Assembly (NCBI GenBank): GCA_965240325.2
Contig: OZ251247.1
Span: 248,001 to 312,000, forward strand
Source of the DNA: Rebecca billardiae RCC1528
Lineage: Eukaryota > Protista > Haptophyta
Direction of reading: 5' to 3'
DNA: 64,000 nt
Shown one piece after another: positions 1 to 9,755 of this stretch. The translations under genes were made by a program, and so were the position numbers. Each line of letters begins with the position of its first letter. The stretch's first letter is position 1. The notes below the pieces were generated by a model, which saw nothing but the letters and a program-made list of their open reading frames with translations, was not told where the DNA came from and did no database searches.

Positions 1-409
1 GTTCCCCGGTGTCCTCGTCCAGCACCTGCTCCTGGCCGCACGTGTGCAGCCCGCCCTCCGCGTCCACAAACGCGCTGAAGCCACCGCCGGCAGCTGCGGC
101 GGCGGCGTGTGCGCGAGCCACTGCGAGCACGCCCTCGCGGGCGAAGAGCTCTTCTACCCACGTGTGCACGCCCGCGGGCAGCGTCCGCGGCAGCGCACGC
201 TCGTGCCCTCGCGCGCGCGCGCGCTCACGCAGCGCGCGCTCGACGGCCGAGCACCCGCCGGGCGGCGCGGCGTGGAAAAGGCGCGAGGTGGCGTTGGCGG
301 CGGCAAGCTCGCACGCGCGGTCGAGGTGGTCGACGATGCGCTGGATCAGCTCGGGCGGCAGGTCGGTCAGCCGCTTTGCTCCCGAGTGCGCGTCGTCGCC
401 GGATGCCAT
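1..409 (-). CDS. F-box/RCC1-repeat protein, short family member 1 (5' part; runs off left edge)
   Basis: ATG at 409 reads MASGDDAHSGAKRLTDLPPELIQRIVDHL...AAANATSRLF...FSAFVDAEGGLHTCG, collinear with the neighbouring paralogues; LxDLPxELxxxI is an F-box-like start. Confidence 0.85.
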   Translation of the reverse strand, partial: MASGDDAHSGAKRLTDLPPELIQRIVDHLDRACELAAANATSRLFHAAPPGGCSAVERALRERARARGHERALPRTLPAGVHTWVEELFAREGVLAVARAHAAAAAAGGGFSAFVDAEGGLHTCGQEQVLDEDTGE

Positions 410-462
410 CCCGCTTGGAGCCGGCCCGCCCGGCCGGCGTGGTGGCCGTATTGTAGTACTGT

Positions 463-543
463 GGCGGTGATGACAGTTGGCGGGCCGGTCAATCTCGCCT
501 GCCTACAGTCATGATCAGCTGTAGTGTGCGTCTCTTATTCTTA
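463..543 (-). promoter_or_regulatory. Conserved non-coding motif upstream of family genes (putative promoter or TE end)
   Basis: GTCAATCTCGCCTGCCT...GTGTGCGTCTCTTATTCTTA recurs at 52357-52400 and 53601-53643, and partly (inverted) at 29346-29365. Confidence 0.4.
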
Positions 544-875
544 ATAGTTACAAACTGTAGTCGGTCTAGCTAACGATGGCAGCCGTCGGCGCCTCTGCGG
601 GCGTCGCCCCACACTCTGGATCAGTGGATGACTCAGTCTCATGGCCGCGCAGCAATCGCGCATATGCCTCATGATCGCCGACATACTGTCAGTCGATCAG
701 ACAGTAGTCAGGAAGATGAATGTTTAGTGCAGCTAGTCCTTGCCCAATCCCATGGACGGCGTCCGGGCTGCCGGGCGTCGGCCGTGGCACAGCGTGCTGG
801 CAGCGTCTGCCTCTGGGCATACGCAGTCAGGAAAGGTGGCTGACAATCGAGGCGCACTGGCACGCGCGCGCGTAC

Positions 876-2345
876 TCAGCGCAGCGTGCCTGCAAGGGGC
901 GGCAGCTGCGCCACGCGCTCCAGCTCCGGCCGCATCTCCTCCGTGCCGTGCACGTCGAGGCCGAGCGCGGCCACCTCCATGCCGCACGCGTACACACTGC
1001 CGTCAGCGGTCACAAACAGCGCGTGGTAGGGGCTCATTGAGCACCCCAGCACGCGCTCACCTGCGAGGGCGTGCACCGGCTCGGGCAGACCAGACTCGTC
1101 GGGCCACCGGCCGAGCTGGCCGGAACCGTCCTCCCCGAACGTGTGCACGCTGCCGTCGGCGCCCAGCACCGCGCTGCTGTCATCACATGCACACGCGCGC
1201 ACCGCACGCACACCCGCCAGCGCCTCGATGCGCCCTGGCAGCAGGCGGCTGTAGGGGGCACCTTGGCCGAGCTGCAACGCGATCCCTGATCCGAACGAGT
1301 ACACCGCCCCCTCGCTGTCCACCACCAGGCTGTGCATGTGGCCAGCGCTCACGTGCACGGCGCACACGCCCCTGAGCTCCTCGATGCGCCTCGGCGTGGG
1401 GTGAGAATGCTGGTCGCCGTGGCCGAGACGGCCAAACTCGCCATGGCCGCACGAGTAGACAGCGCCGTGCGTAGACAGAAGCAGCGTATGCTTCTCGCCA
1501 GCTGCCATCCCGCCCACGCGCACGCCGTCCAGTGCCTCGATGCGCGTCGGCTCACACCGGTCCTCCTCGTCGCCGTGGCCGAGCTGGCCCCAGCTGTTGC
1601 GGCCCCAGCTGTACGCGCGCCCAGCGGCGGTGAGCGCGAGGCTGTGAACCCCGCCAGCAGCGATGCCCACGAGCATTTCGTCGGCCAGCGCGTGCAGACG
1701 GGCGAACGAGCGGCGCACGGCAGTGTCTCCCAGCCCGAGCTGGCCATACCCGTTGCTGCCGCAGCCGTACACGGCGCCGGCCTCGCTCAGCGCGAGCAGG
1801 TGCAAGCTGCCAGCGGCCACCGCGATCACACACACCGCGTTGAGGGAGGTGACGTGCGTCGGCACGCGCGCCACCTGCACGCCCGAATGACCAACAGCCA
1901 TGTGCGCTTGATACGCCCGCCCGTGCTCGTCCCGCACCTCCTCCTCGCCGCACGTGTGCAGCCCGCCCTCCGCGTCCACAAACGCGCTAAAGCAAGCGCC
2001 GCTGAGCCCACCCCTTCCGGAGACAACGACGGCGACGTGCGCACGCGAAACCTCAAGCACGCGCTCGCGCGCGAGAAGCTCCGCCGTCCAGGTACCCACG
2101 CCCGCCGGGAGCGTCGGTGGCAGCGCGCGATCGTGCCCGCGCGCGCGTGCGCGCTCGCGCAGCACGTGCTCGACCGCCGAGCGCTCGCCCGGCGCGCCGC
2201 GGAAGAGGCGCGAGGCGGCGTTGGCGGCGGCGAGGTCACGCGCGGTGCCGTCGATGTGGATGAGGATGCGCGCGACCAGCTCGGGCGGCAGGTCGGCCAG
2301 CCGCCGCGCTCCCGGCCTCGCCGCGGCGGCACGCCCGCGCGCCAT
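876..2345 (-). CDS. F-box/RCC1-repeat protein, short family member 2
   Basis: Intact ORF (track 876-2393, likely ATG 2345, MARGRAAA); LADLPPELVARIL F-box followed by about 7 RCC1 repeats (AAGxxHxLAL...YxWGxNxxGQLGHG). Confidence 0.9.
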   Translation of the reverse strand: MARGRAAAARPGARRLADLPPELVARILIHIDGTARDLAAANAASRLFRGAPGERSAVEHVLRERARARGHDRALPPTLPAGVGTWTAELLARERVLEVSRAHVAVVVSGRGGLSGACFSAFVDAEGGLHTCGEEEVRDEHGRAYQAHMAVGHSGVQVARVPTHVTSLNAVCVIAVAAGSLHLLALSEAGAVYGCGSNGYGQLGLGDTAVRRSFARLHALADEMLVGIAAGGVHSLALTAAGRAYSWGRNSWGQLGHGDEEDRCEPTRIEALDGVRVGGMAAGEKHTLLLSTHGAVYSCGHGEFGRLGHGDQHSHPTPRRIEELRGVCAVHVSAGHMHSLVVDSEGAVYSFGSGIALQLGQGAPYSRLLPGRIEALAGVRAVRACACDDSSAVLGADGSVHTFGEDGSGQLGRWPDESGLPEPVHALAGERVLGCSMSPYHALFVTADGSVYACGMEVAALGLDVHGTEEMRPELERVAQLPPLAGTLR

Positions 2346-2814
2346 CACCGGCTTGGCGGTCTGGCGCCGCGCGGGGGAGCCCGGAACTCTCAACTCGGGC
2401 CTTGCGAACTCCGGATCGTCACTCCGGCCGGTCGTCGCTCGGCACCGGGATCACTGCTCGCACGGCTGGGCCTAACGACGACAGTGAGCAGCGCGGCGGC
2501 GGGCTTGCACGCTGCCCTTGGCGCGGGCATCCCCGACAGTTCTGCGAGTGCGCTACTGATGTCTGACGAGAGCGCGGGGGCGTACGGCCGTGCGCTCGTC
2601 ACGCGGCACTGCCGCACGCCTGCTGCCATCTGTACTCGGCAGGCGGGTGCACACAGTCACAGTCACAGACACAGTCACAGACACAGACACAGACACACTA
2701 CACAGGCCGTCTGTCTGTCAGGCCGAGGCCGTTGGCGTGACGTGCCCGGATCGCAGCGGCCTTGGCAGTCGTGCTTGCGGTGCAGGGCGACAGACGGCCG
2801 GCCGGCGCGTGTGC

Positions 2815-4323
2815 TCAGCGGAGTGTGCTGGCAAGCCGTGGCAGCCGCTTCAGGCGCTGCGGCGTCGGGTCCGTTTCCCCGTCTTCCGTTTCGCCGTCGC
2901 CGCGGCCGAGCGCGGCTGACACCCTGCCGCACGAGTACGCGCTGCCGTCTGCACCCACAAACAGCGCGTGCGTTTCGCAGAGCGCGCACCAGAGCACGCG
3001 CACACAAGCGAGGGCGGTCACGCGCCTAGGCGGGGCAGACACGCCAGGAGATAGATCGAAGTAGTTCGCGTCACGCAGCTGGCCATTGCCGTTGTTACCG
3101 AACGTGTACACGCTGCCGTCCGCGCCCAGCACCGCGCTGCTGTCATAGCCACAGCTGGTGCGCACAGCGTTGACGCCAGCCAACGCCTCGATGCGCCCTG
3201 GCAGCGAGCGGTAGCCATGGGCGCCAACGCCAGGCGCATAGCCCAGCTGGTCATCCAACCCGGAACCGAACGACGACACGCCGCCCCCCACGTCCGCCAC
3301 CAGGCTGTGATCACTGCCTGCGCTCACGTGCACAGCGCGCACGCCCGCAAGCGCCTCGATGCGCCTCGGCGTGTGCTGATCCTGCTCGTCGCCGTGGCCG
3401 AGACGGCCTAAGTGGCCAGCGCCGCAAGAGTAGACGGCTCCACCGATCGAGAGCAACAGCGTGTAAGAATCCCCAGCCGCCACTCCGCCGATGCGCACGC
3501 CGTCAAGCGCCTCGATGCGCGTCGGCTCCCATCGCGCCTTCTCGTCGCCGTGGCCGAGCTGGCCGTAGTCGTTGTCGCCCCAGCTGTACGCACACCCAGC
3601 GGCGCTGAGCGCGAGGCTGTGGCTCGCGCCGGCCGAGATGCCCACGACACACGCAGCACGTAGGCGATCGATCAGCGCGAAGTACCGCCGGTCCTCCGTG
3701 TCCCCCAGCCCGAGCTGGCCGTAATCGTTGTAGCCGCAGCCGTACACCGTCCCGGCCTCGCTCAGCGCGAGCAGGTGGGACCCGCCGGCGGCCACCGCGA
3801 CCACGCGCACCGCGCTGAGGGAGGCGACGTGCGTCGGCACAAGCACACCCGGCCCATCGTGGTGGCCGATCGCCACGTGCGCTCGAGACTCGACCATCAG
3901 CTCCCCGTCCTCGTCCTCCTCCTCCACCACCTCCTCGCCGCACGTGTGCAGCCCGCCCTCCGCGTCCACAAACGCGCTGAAACCGTAGCCGGCCGCCACG
4001 GGAGGCGAGTGCGCGCGCGCGAGCACGATCACGCGCTCACGCGAGAACAGCTCCTCAGCCCAGGTGCCGACGCCCGCGGAGAGCGTCGACGGCAGCGCGC
4101 ACTCGTGGCCGCGTGCGCGCGCGCGCTCGCGTAGCGCGTGCTCGACTGGCGAGCACCCACCAGGCGGCGCGGCGTGGAAGAGGCGCGAGGCAGCGTTGGC
4201 CGCGGCGAGGTCACGTGCAGTGCCGTCGAGAAGGACGAGGATGCGCGCGACCAGGTCGTGCGGCAGGTCGGCCAGCCCTCGGCGCGCCGCGGCGGCCCGC
4301 CTGCGCGTCAGCATCGTCGTCAT
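2815..4323 (-). CDS. F-box/RCC1-repeat protein, short family member 3
   Basis: Intact ~500-aa ORF; LADLPHDLVARIL plus RCC1 repeats; ATG at 4323 or 4314. Confidence 0.9.
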   Translation of the reverse strand: MTTMLTRRRAAAARRGLADLPHDLVARILVLLDGTARDLAAANAASRLFHAAPPGGCSPVEHALRERARARGHECALPSTLSAGVGTWAEELFSRERVIVLARAHSPPVAAGYGFSAFVDAEGGLHTCGEEVVEEEDEDGELMVESRAHVAIGHHDGPGVLVPTHVASLSAVRVVAVAAGGSHLLALSEAGTVYGCGYNDYGQLGLGDTEDRRYFALIDRLRAACVVGISAGASHSLALSAAGCAYSWGDNDYGQLGHGDEKARWEPTRIEALDGVRIGGVAAGDSYTLLLSIGGAVYSCGAGHLGRLGHGDEQDQHTPRRIEALAGVRAVHVSAGSDHSLVADVGGGVSSFGSGLDDQLGYAPGVGAHGYRSLPGRIEALAGVNAVRTSCGYDSSAVLGADGSVYTFGNNGNGQLRDANYFDLSPGVSAPPRRVTALACVRVLWCALCETHALFVGADGSAYSCGRVSAALGRGDGETEDGETDPTPQRLKRLPRLASTLR

Positions 4324-4509
4324 CACACAGCAGCAGCAGATGAGAATCGCCGGGCGGGCGGCGCGTTCCCCCCGCCGCCTTGGGCCGGGGTACAGTCGCA
4401 GAGCGCTACTGTTAACTGTACCGCCCGCCTTAATGTACGACGACTACACGTACTGATGCTGCCAGTGTATACGTATAGCAGGACTGCAACAGTGCAACAC
4501 ACGCACGAC

Positions 4510-5855
4510 TACGGGTGGAATTCCCATTTTCTGGCGCACTTCCGCACTGGGGAGGCGGAAAAGCGGCATTTAATACGCGAATAAGGAATAAAATAATAAG
4601 AAAGGGAATAAAGCGCACGCAGTGCGAAGACATTTTTTCGGGTAGTAGTACCAGCGTAGTTATTATGCGAAGCACCAAGTGCTGCGAGGCGGCCTGCTTG
4701 CGCACGCGGCGTCCCGAGCACCCTCGGGGCTCAGCTGCGGCTCGGCCTGCGCACGCTCAGCAAGCTCGCGTGCGGCCTGCACCTTGCCCGCCGCCTCGAC
4801 TCTCGAGCAAGAGGATCGACGTATGAGTGAGCGTGACGCGTGTGCCGCCGAGCTGCTGTCCGGCAGCTACCCGCGACTGCAGCCGCTGGCCGCGGTGCCT
4901 GGCCTCGGCGCGGCCCCACAGGCTCAGCGCTGGGAGCTCATCCTCCTCCTGCGCTCCTCCTCCAGGCGTTTGAGCCGCCGCCGCCTTGGCCGCCTCGTCC
5001 TCGTCGATCAGCTGAACGGCGGGAGTGATGTCTCTGCTCAGCTGAGTGTGACGTGACAAGCGAGGCGACGAGCGACAGCAGCCCGATGACCAAGCCGACG
5101 AGCTCATCGTACGAGCCGTCACGCGTGCGCTCGTGCCGTGTCTGAGCTGGCTCGCGCTCGTACGCCGACCAGGCTTTGCTCGGACTGAACGCGTGTGCTC
5201 AGGCGTCCTTGCGTGTGCGCTTGGACGGCCGCGGGCCGTCATCTGGTCCGACCGCGCGCAGCTCGATCTCGGAAGCGTTGAGCTGCTCCGCGGTTGACTC
5301 ACCCTCTGCCTCAGGCTCGACCACGGCAGCAGGCCCCGCAGCAGCCGCCAGGTAGCATCGGCAGGAGCCCCTGCGCCACCCGACGCCGTCCGCACATCGG
5401 CCAGCTTGCCGCACACGCGCTGGACCACGGCCTCGCCGCGCTTGACGCGGATGTGGTGCCAGGTCGTCGTGCCAATCGTTTGGCTATCGACAACGGGCAA
5501 GGGCACCTCGATCACGACAACGCCTGTCGCGTAGGCTGTGTAGCGATGTCCGTCCACGACTCCGTCGTGGGTGGACGGCGCACGCCATCGCGGCCGTGGG
5601 CGCAAGTGTCTCGTGAATTGTTTTTTAATTCACTAATTCGCCCAGCCGCTACATCGAACTCGACAACGGTTGCTTTTACACCCGCGGTCTTTTGACTGTG
5701 CAAATGGGGCGCCGCCCCATGCTCAAATCCGAAGAGAACGAAGATGTAAAAGTGTCTGGTCCCTAGATACTGTGCTGTCCGGGTCCCGGTCCGGTCAGAT
5801 CTGAGCAGCCGGATTTTCCGCCCGGACAGGCCAGAAAATGGGATTTTCACCCCTA
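4510..5855 (-). mobile_element. Internally deleted hAT-like DNA transposon
   Basis: Imperfect 25-bp TIRs TACGGGTGGAATTCCCATTTTCTGG / CCAGAAAATGGGATTTTCACCCCTA. Minus strand has a BED-finger-like remnant (TWHHIRV...RVCGK) and a frameshifted hAT dimerisation-like remnant (ELPALS...PGTAASGCSR). No clean TSD. Confidence 0.6.
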
Positions 5856-6198
5856 TACTGCTACAGTCGTTTACGTGCGCACTCGACTCTACTACACTGT
5901 GTCTGTGACACTCTGCTACTTTCATCTAGACAGGCTGCGCGCGGTAACAGCCGGTGTCTGCCAGCGCTGGCAGCACTGCTGCTGACAAGCAGAGCGGGGC
6001 GCGCACACTCGCTGCGCCACCCATCATGCTGCGCCTGCTGTGAGTGCTGATCAAGTGATGCGATCCCGTATATGGCGCGGGCACACGCGCCAAGGGCTCC
6101 GGAGTGGCTCGGAGTGGACGAGTGCCTTGATCACAGCGGCCCTGGTCAGTGCTGGCTGTCTTGCGATGCGTGGCGGGGGACGGCCGACCGGCGCGTAC

Positions 6199-7683
6199 TC
6201 AGCGCAGCGTGCCTGCAAGCGGCGGCAGCTGCACCACGCGCTCCAGCTCCGGCCGCATCTCCTCCGTGCCGTGCACGTCGAGGCCGAGCGCTGCCGACTG
6301 CTTGCCGCACGAGTACGCGTTGCCTTTTGCGGTCACAAAGAGCGCGTGCGACTCGCCGAGCGCGCACCAGAGCACGCGAGCACGGGCTAGGGCGCCCACG
6401 CGTTCTGGAACCTCTGACCCATTGGCGCCCTCGCCGAACTGGCCGTAGCTGTTGTCCCCGAAGGTGTGCACGCTGCCGTCCGCGCCCAGCACGGCGCTGC
6501 TGCAGTAGCCAGCAGACGCGCGCACTGCGCGCACACCAGTGAGCGTCTCGATGCGCCCTGGCAGCAAGCCCCAGTCGCGGGCGCCATGGCCGAGCTGCCC
6601 ACCAAATCCACAGCCGAAGGAGTGCACGCCGCCCACTGCGTCCACCACCAGGCTGTGCATGTGGTCCGCGCTCACGTGCAAGGCGCGCACGCCCGCGAGC
6701 GCCTCGATGTGCCTCGGCGTGTGCTGATCCTGCTCGTCGCCGTGGCCGAGACGGCCGTAGTAGCCATGGCCGCACGAGTAGACAGCACCATGCGTAGACA
6801 GAAGCAGCGTGTGCTCCTCGGCAGCGGCCATCCCGCCCACGCGCACAGCGTCCAGCGCCTCGATGCGCGTCGGCTCCCACCGGTCCTCTGTGTCGCCGTG
6901 GCCGAGCTGGCCGTGCTCGTTGTCGCCCCAGCTGTACGCGCACCCAGCGGCGGTGAGCGCGAGGGTGTGGGACCAGCCAGCGGCGATGCACACGGCGTGC
7001 GCACTCGCGGGCAGCCCGGCGAGAGCAAACGACCGCCGCTCCTCCCTGTCGCCGAGCCCGAGCTGGCCGGAGCCGTTGTAGCCGCAGCCGTACACGGCGC
7101 CGGCCTCGCTCAGCGCGAGCAGGTGGGACCAGCCAGCGGCTACAGAGCGCACGCGCACCGCGGCTAGGGAGGCGACGTGCGTCGGCACAAGCACCGCCCC
7201 CCGTGCGTCCGAGTGCCCGATGGCCCTGTGCACTTCAAACTCGCCCGTCAGCCCGGTCTCGTCGTCCAGCACCGCCTCCTCGCCGCACGTGTGCAACCCG
7301 CCCTCCGCGTCCACAAACGCGCTGAAGCCGTAGCCGGCCGCGACCGGAGGCGAGTGCGCGTGCGCGAGCACCATGACGCGCTCGTGCGCGAAGAGCTCCT
7401 CCGTCCACGTGCCGACGCCCGCGGGCAGCGTCGGCGGCAGCGCGCGATCGTGCCCGCGCGCGCGCGCGCGCTCGCGCAGCGCGTGTTCGACCGGCGAGCG
7501 CTCGCCCGGCGCGCCGCGGAAGAGGCGCGAGGCGGCGTTGGCGGCGGCGAGGTCACGTACGGTGCCGTCGAGGTGCACGAGGATGCGCGCGACCAGCTCG
7601 GGCGGCAGGTCGGCCAGCCGCCGCGCTCCCGGCCTCGCCGCGGCGGCACGCCCGCGCGCCATCGCCGGCATTGGCGGCATCAT
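6199..7683 (-). CDS. F-box/RCC1-repeat protein, short family member 4
   Basis: Intact ORF; ATG candidates 7683/7662; same architecture as neighbours. Confidence 0.9.
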   Translation of the reverse strand: MMPPMPAMARGRAAAARPGARRLADLPPELVARILVHLDGTVRDLAAANAASRLFRGAPGERSPVEHALRERARARGHDRALPPTLPAGVGTWTEELFAHERVMVLAHAHSPPVAAGYGFSAFVDAEGGLHTCGEEAVLDDETGLTGEFEVHRAIGHSDARGAVLVPTHVASLAAVRVRSVAAGWSHLLALSEAGAVYGCGYNGSGQLGLGDREERRSFALAGLPASAHAVCIAAGWSHTLALTAAGCAYSWGDNEHGQLGHGDTEDRWEPTRIEALDAVRVGGMAAAEEHTLLLSTHGAVYSCGHGYYGRLGHGDEQDQHTPRHIEALAGVRALHVSADHMHSLVVDAVGGVHSFGCGFGGQLGHGARDWGLLPGRIETLTGVRAVRASAGYCSSAVLGADGSVHTFGDNSYGQFGEGANGSEVPERVGALARARVLWCALGESHALFVTAKGNAYSCGKQSAALGLDVHGTEEMRPELERVVQLPPLAGTLR

Positions 7684-7976
7684 GCGGGACGGGCGCCGCG
7701 CCGGCGGCGCGAGCCCGGAAACTCCGCCTCCGATGGTCACTCCGGCTGCGCACTTTAACTTGTTAGCAATAGCTACTGCTATGTCGGATGAGAGCGGGGG
7801 CACGCGTCACGCGGCACGGCTGTGACACGCTGCTTGCTGCGATCTGAACTGGGCGGGCGCACAGGCACACAGCCGGCGTGTGGCACAGGCCGGTTGCAGT
7901 GACGTGCGCCGATTGCAGCGGCCCTGGCAGTCGTGCACACGATGCAGCGCGACAAATGGCCGGCACGCGCGCGTGC

Positions 7977-9437
7977 TCAGTCGAGCGTACCTGCAAGCGG
8001 CGGCAGCTGCGTCACGCGCTGGACCGGCACTAGCTCTGTCGGGCGTGGCTCGCGCCGCACGCCGAGGCCGAGCGCCGCCGACTGCTTGCCACATGCGTAC
8101 GCGTTGCCTTTTGCGGTCACAAACAGCGCGTGCGACTCGCCGAGCGCGCACCAGAGCACGCACTCATGGGCGAGGGCGCCCACGCGTTCGGGAACCTCTG
8201 GCCCACTGGCGCCCTCCTGGCCGTACGCGTTGTCCCCAAACGTGTGCACGCTGCCGTCCGCGCCCAGCACAGCGCTGCTGTAGTAGCCAGAGCACGCACG
8301 CACAGCGCGCACGCCCACCAGCGTCTCGATGCGCCCTGGCAGCGAGATGGGGTCGCCATGGCCGAGCGGCCCACCGGATCCACAGCCGAAGGAGTGCACG
8401 CCGCCCACCGCGTCCACCACCAGGCTGTGCATGTGGTCCGCGCTCACGTGCACGGCGCGCACGCCCGCGAGCGCCTCGATGCGCCTCGGCGTGTGCTGAT
8501 CCTGCTCGTCACCGTGGCCGAGACGGCCAAGCTGGCCATAACCGCACGAATACACGGCGCCGCCGTGCGCAGATAGCAGCAACGTGTGCTCAGCACCCGC
8601 CGCCACACCACCCACGCGCACACCGTCCAGCGCCTCGATGCGCGTCGGCTCCCACCGGTCCTCTGTGTCGCCGTGGCCGAGCTGGCCGTGCTCGTTGTCG
8701 CCCCAGCTGTACGCGCAGCCAGCGGCGGTGAGCGCGAGGGTGTGGGACCAGCCAGCAGCGATGCACACGGCGTGCTCACTCGCGGGCAGCCCGGCGAGAG
8801 CAAACGACCGCCGCTCCTCCCTGTCGCCGAGCCCGAGCTGGCCGGAGCCGTTGTAGCCGCAGCCGTACACGGCGCCGGCCTCGCTCAGCGCGAGCAGGTG
8901 GTGCACGCCTGCGGCCACAGAGCGCACGCGCACCGCGGCTAGGGAGGTGACGTGCGTCGGCACAAGCACCGCCCCCCGTGCGTCCGAGTGGCCGATGGCC
9001 TCGTGCACTTCAAACTCGCCCGTCGGCCAGGTCTCATCGTCCAGCGCCGCCTCCTCGCCGCACGTGTGCAGCCCGCCCTCCGCGTCCACAAACGCGCTGA
9101 AGCCGTAGCCGGCCGCGACCGGAGGCGAGTGCGCGTGCGCGAGCACCATGACGCGCTCGTGCGCGAGGAGCTCCTCCGTCCACGTGCCCACGCCCGCGGG
9201 CAGCGTCGGCGGCAGCGCGCGATCGTGCCCGCGCGCGCGCGCGCGCTCGCGCAGCGCGTGCTCGACCGGCGAGCGCTCGCCGGGCGCGCCGCGGAAGAGG
9301 CGCGAGGCGGCGTTGGCGGCGGCGAGGTCACGTACGGTGCCATCGAGGTGCACGAGGATGCGCGCGACCAGCTCGGGCGGCAGGTCGGCCAGCCGCCGCG
9401 CTCCCGGCCTCGCCGCGGCGGCAAGTTTGCGCGCCAT
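7977..9437 (-). CDS. F-box/RCC1-repeat protein, short family member 5
   Basis: Intact ORF; ATG 9437 (MARKLAAA); stop codon 1778 bp from that of member 4. Confidence 0.9.
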   Translation of the reverse strand: MARKLAAAARPGARRLADLPPELVARILVHLDGTVRDLAAANAASRLFRGAPGERSPVEHALRERARARGHDRALPPTLPAGVGTWTEELLAHERVMVLAHAHSPPVAAGYGFSAFVDAEGGLHTCGEEAALDDETWPTGEFEVHEAIGHSDARGAVLVPTHVTSLAAVRVRSVAAGVHHLLALSEAGAVYGCGYNGSGQLGLGDREERRSFALAGLPASEHAVCIAAGWSHTLALTAAGCAYSWGDNEHGQLGHGDTEDRWEPTRIEALDGVRVGGVAAGAEHTLLLSAHGGAVYSCGYGQLGRLGHGDEQDQHTPRRIEALAGVRAVHVSADHMHSLVVDAVGGVHSFGCGSGGPLGHGDPISLPGRIETLVGVRAVRACSGYYSSAVLGADGSVHTFGDNAYGQEGASGPEVPERVGALAHECVLWCALGESHALFVTAKGNAYACGKQSAALGLGVRREPRPTELVPVQRVTQLPPLAGTLD

Positions 9438-9755
9438 CGCGCCGGCGTTGGCGGCCTGGCGCAGCGCGGGCGGCGGGCGGCGAGCCCGGAAACTCCGGAT
9501 GGTCACTCCGGCTGCGCACTGTTGGCTGACTACTACTACTGCTAATCAGTGTCGTCGGATGAGAGCGGGGGCACGCGTCACGCGGCACGGCTGTGACACG
9601 CGCTGCTTGCTGCGATCTGAACTCGGCGGGCGCACAGTCACACAGCCGGAGTGTGACACAGGCCGGTTGCGTATGCAGTGACGTGCCGATTGCAGCGCTG
9701 CCCTGGCAGTCGTGCGTGCGATGCAGCGCGACCGATGGCCGGCACGCGCGCGTGC

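Noticed and set aside
524-543. Tn5/Nextera adaptor contamination (GTCTCTTAT)
   Set aside because: Only a 9-bp overlap; the flanks are conserved among genomic copies and differ from the mosaic end
1332-3029. Long antisense ORFs opposite the RCC1 genes (also 14687-17662, 41642-44662, 50666-52372)
   Set aside because: Stop-codon scarcity at very high GC; they are shadows of the real frames
6199-9437. UVR8 photoreceptor orthologues (GWSHT motifs)
   Set aside because: No GWRHT triad, the Trp positions are not conserved between paralogues, and an F-box is present
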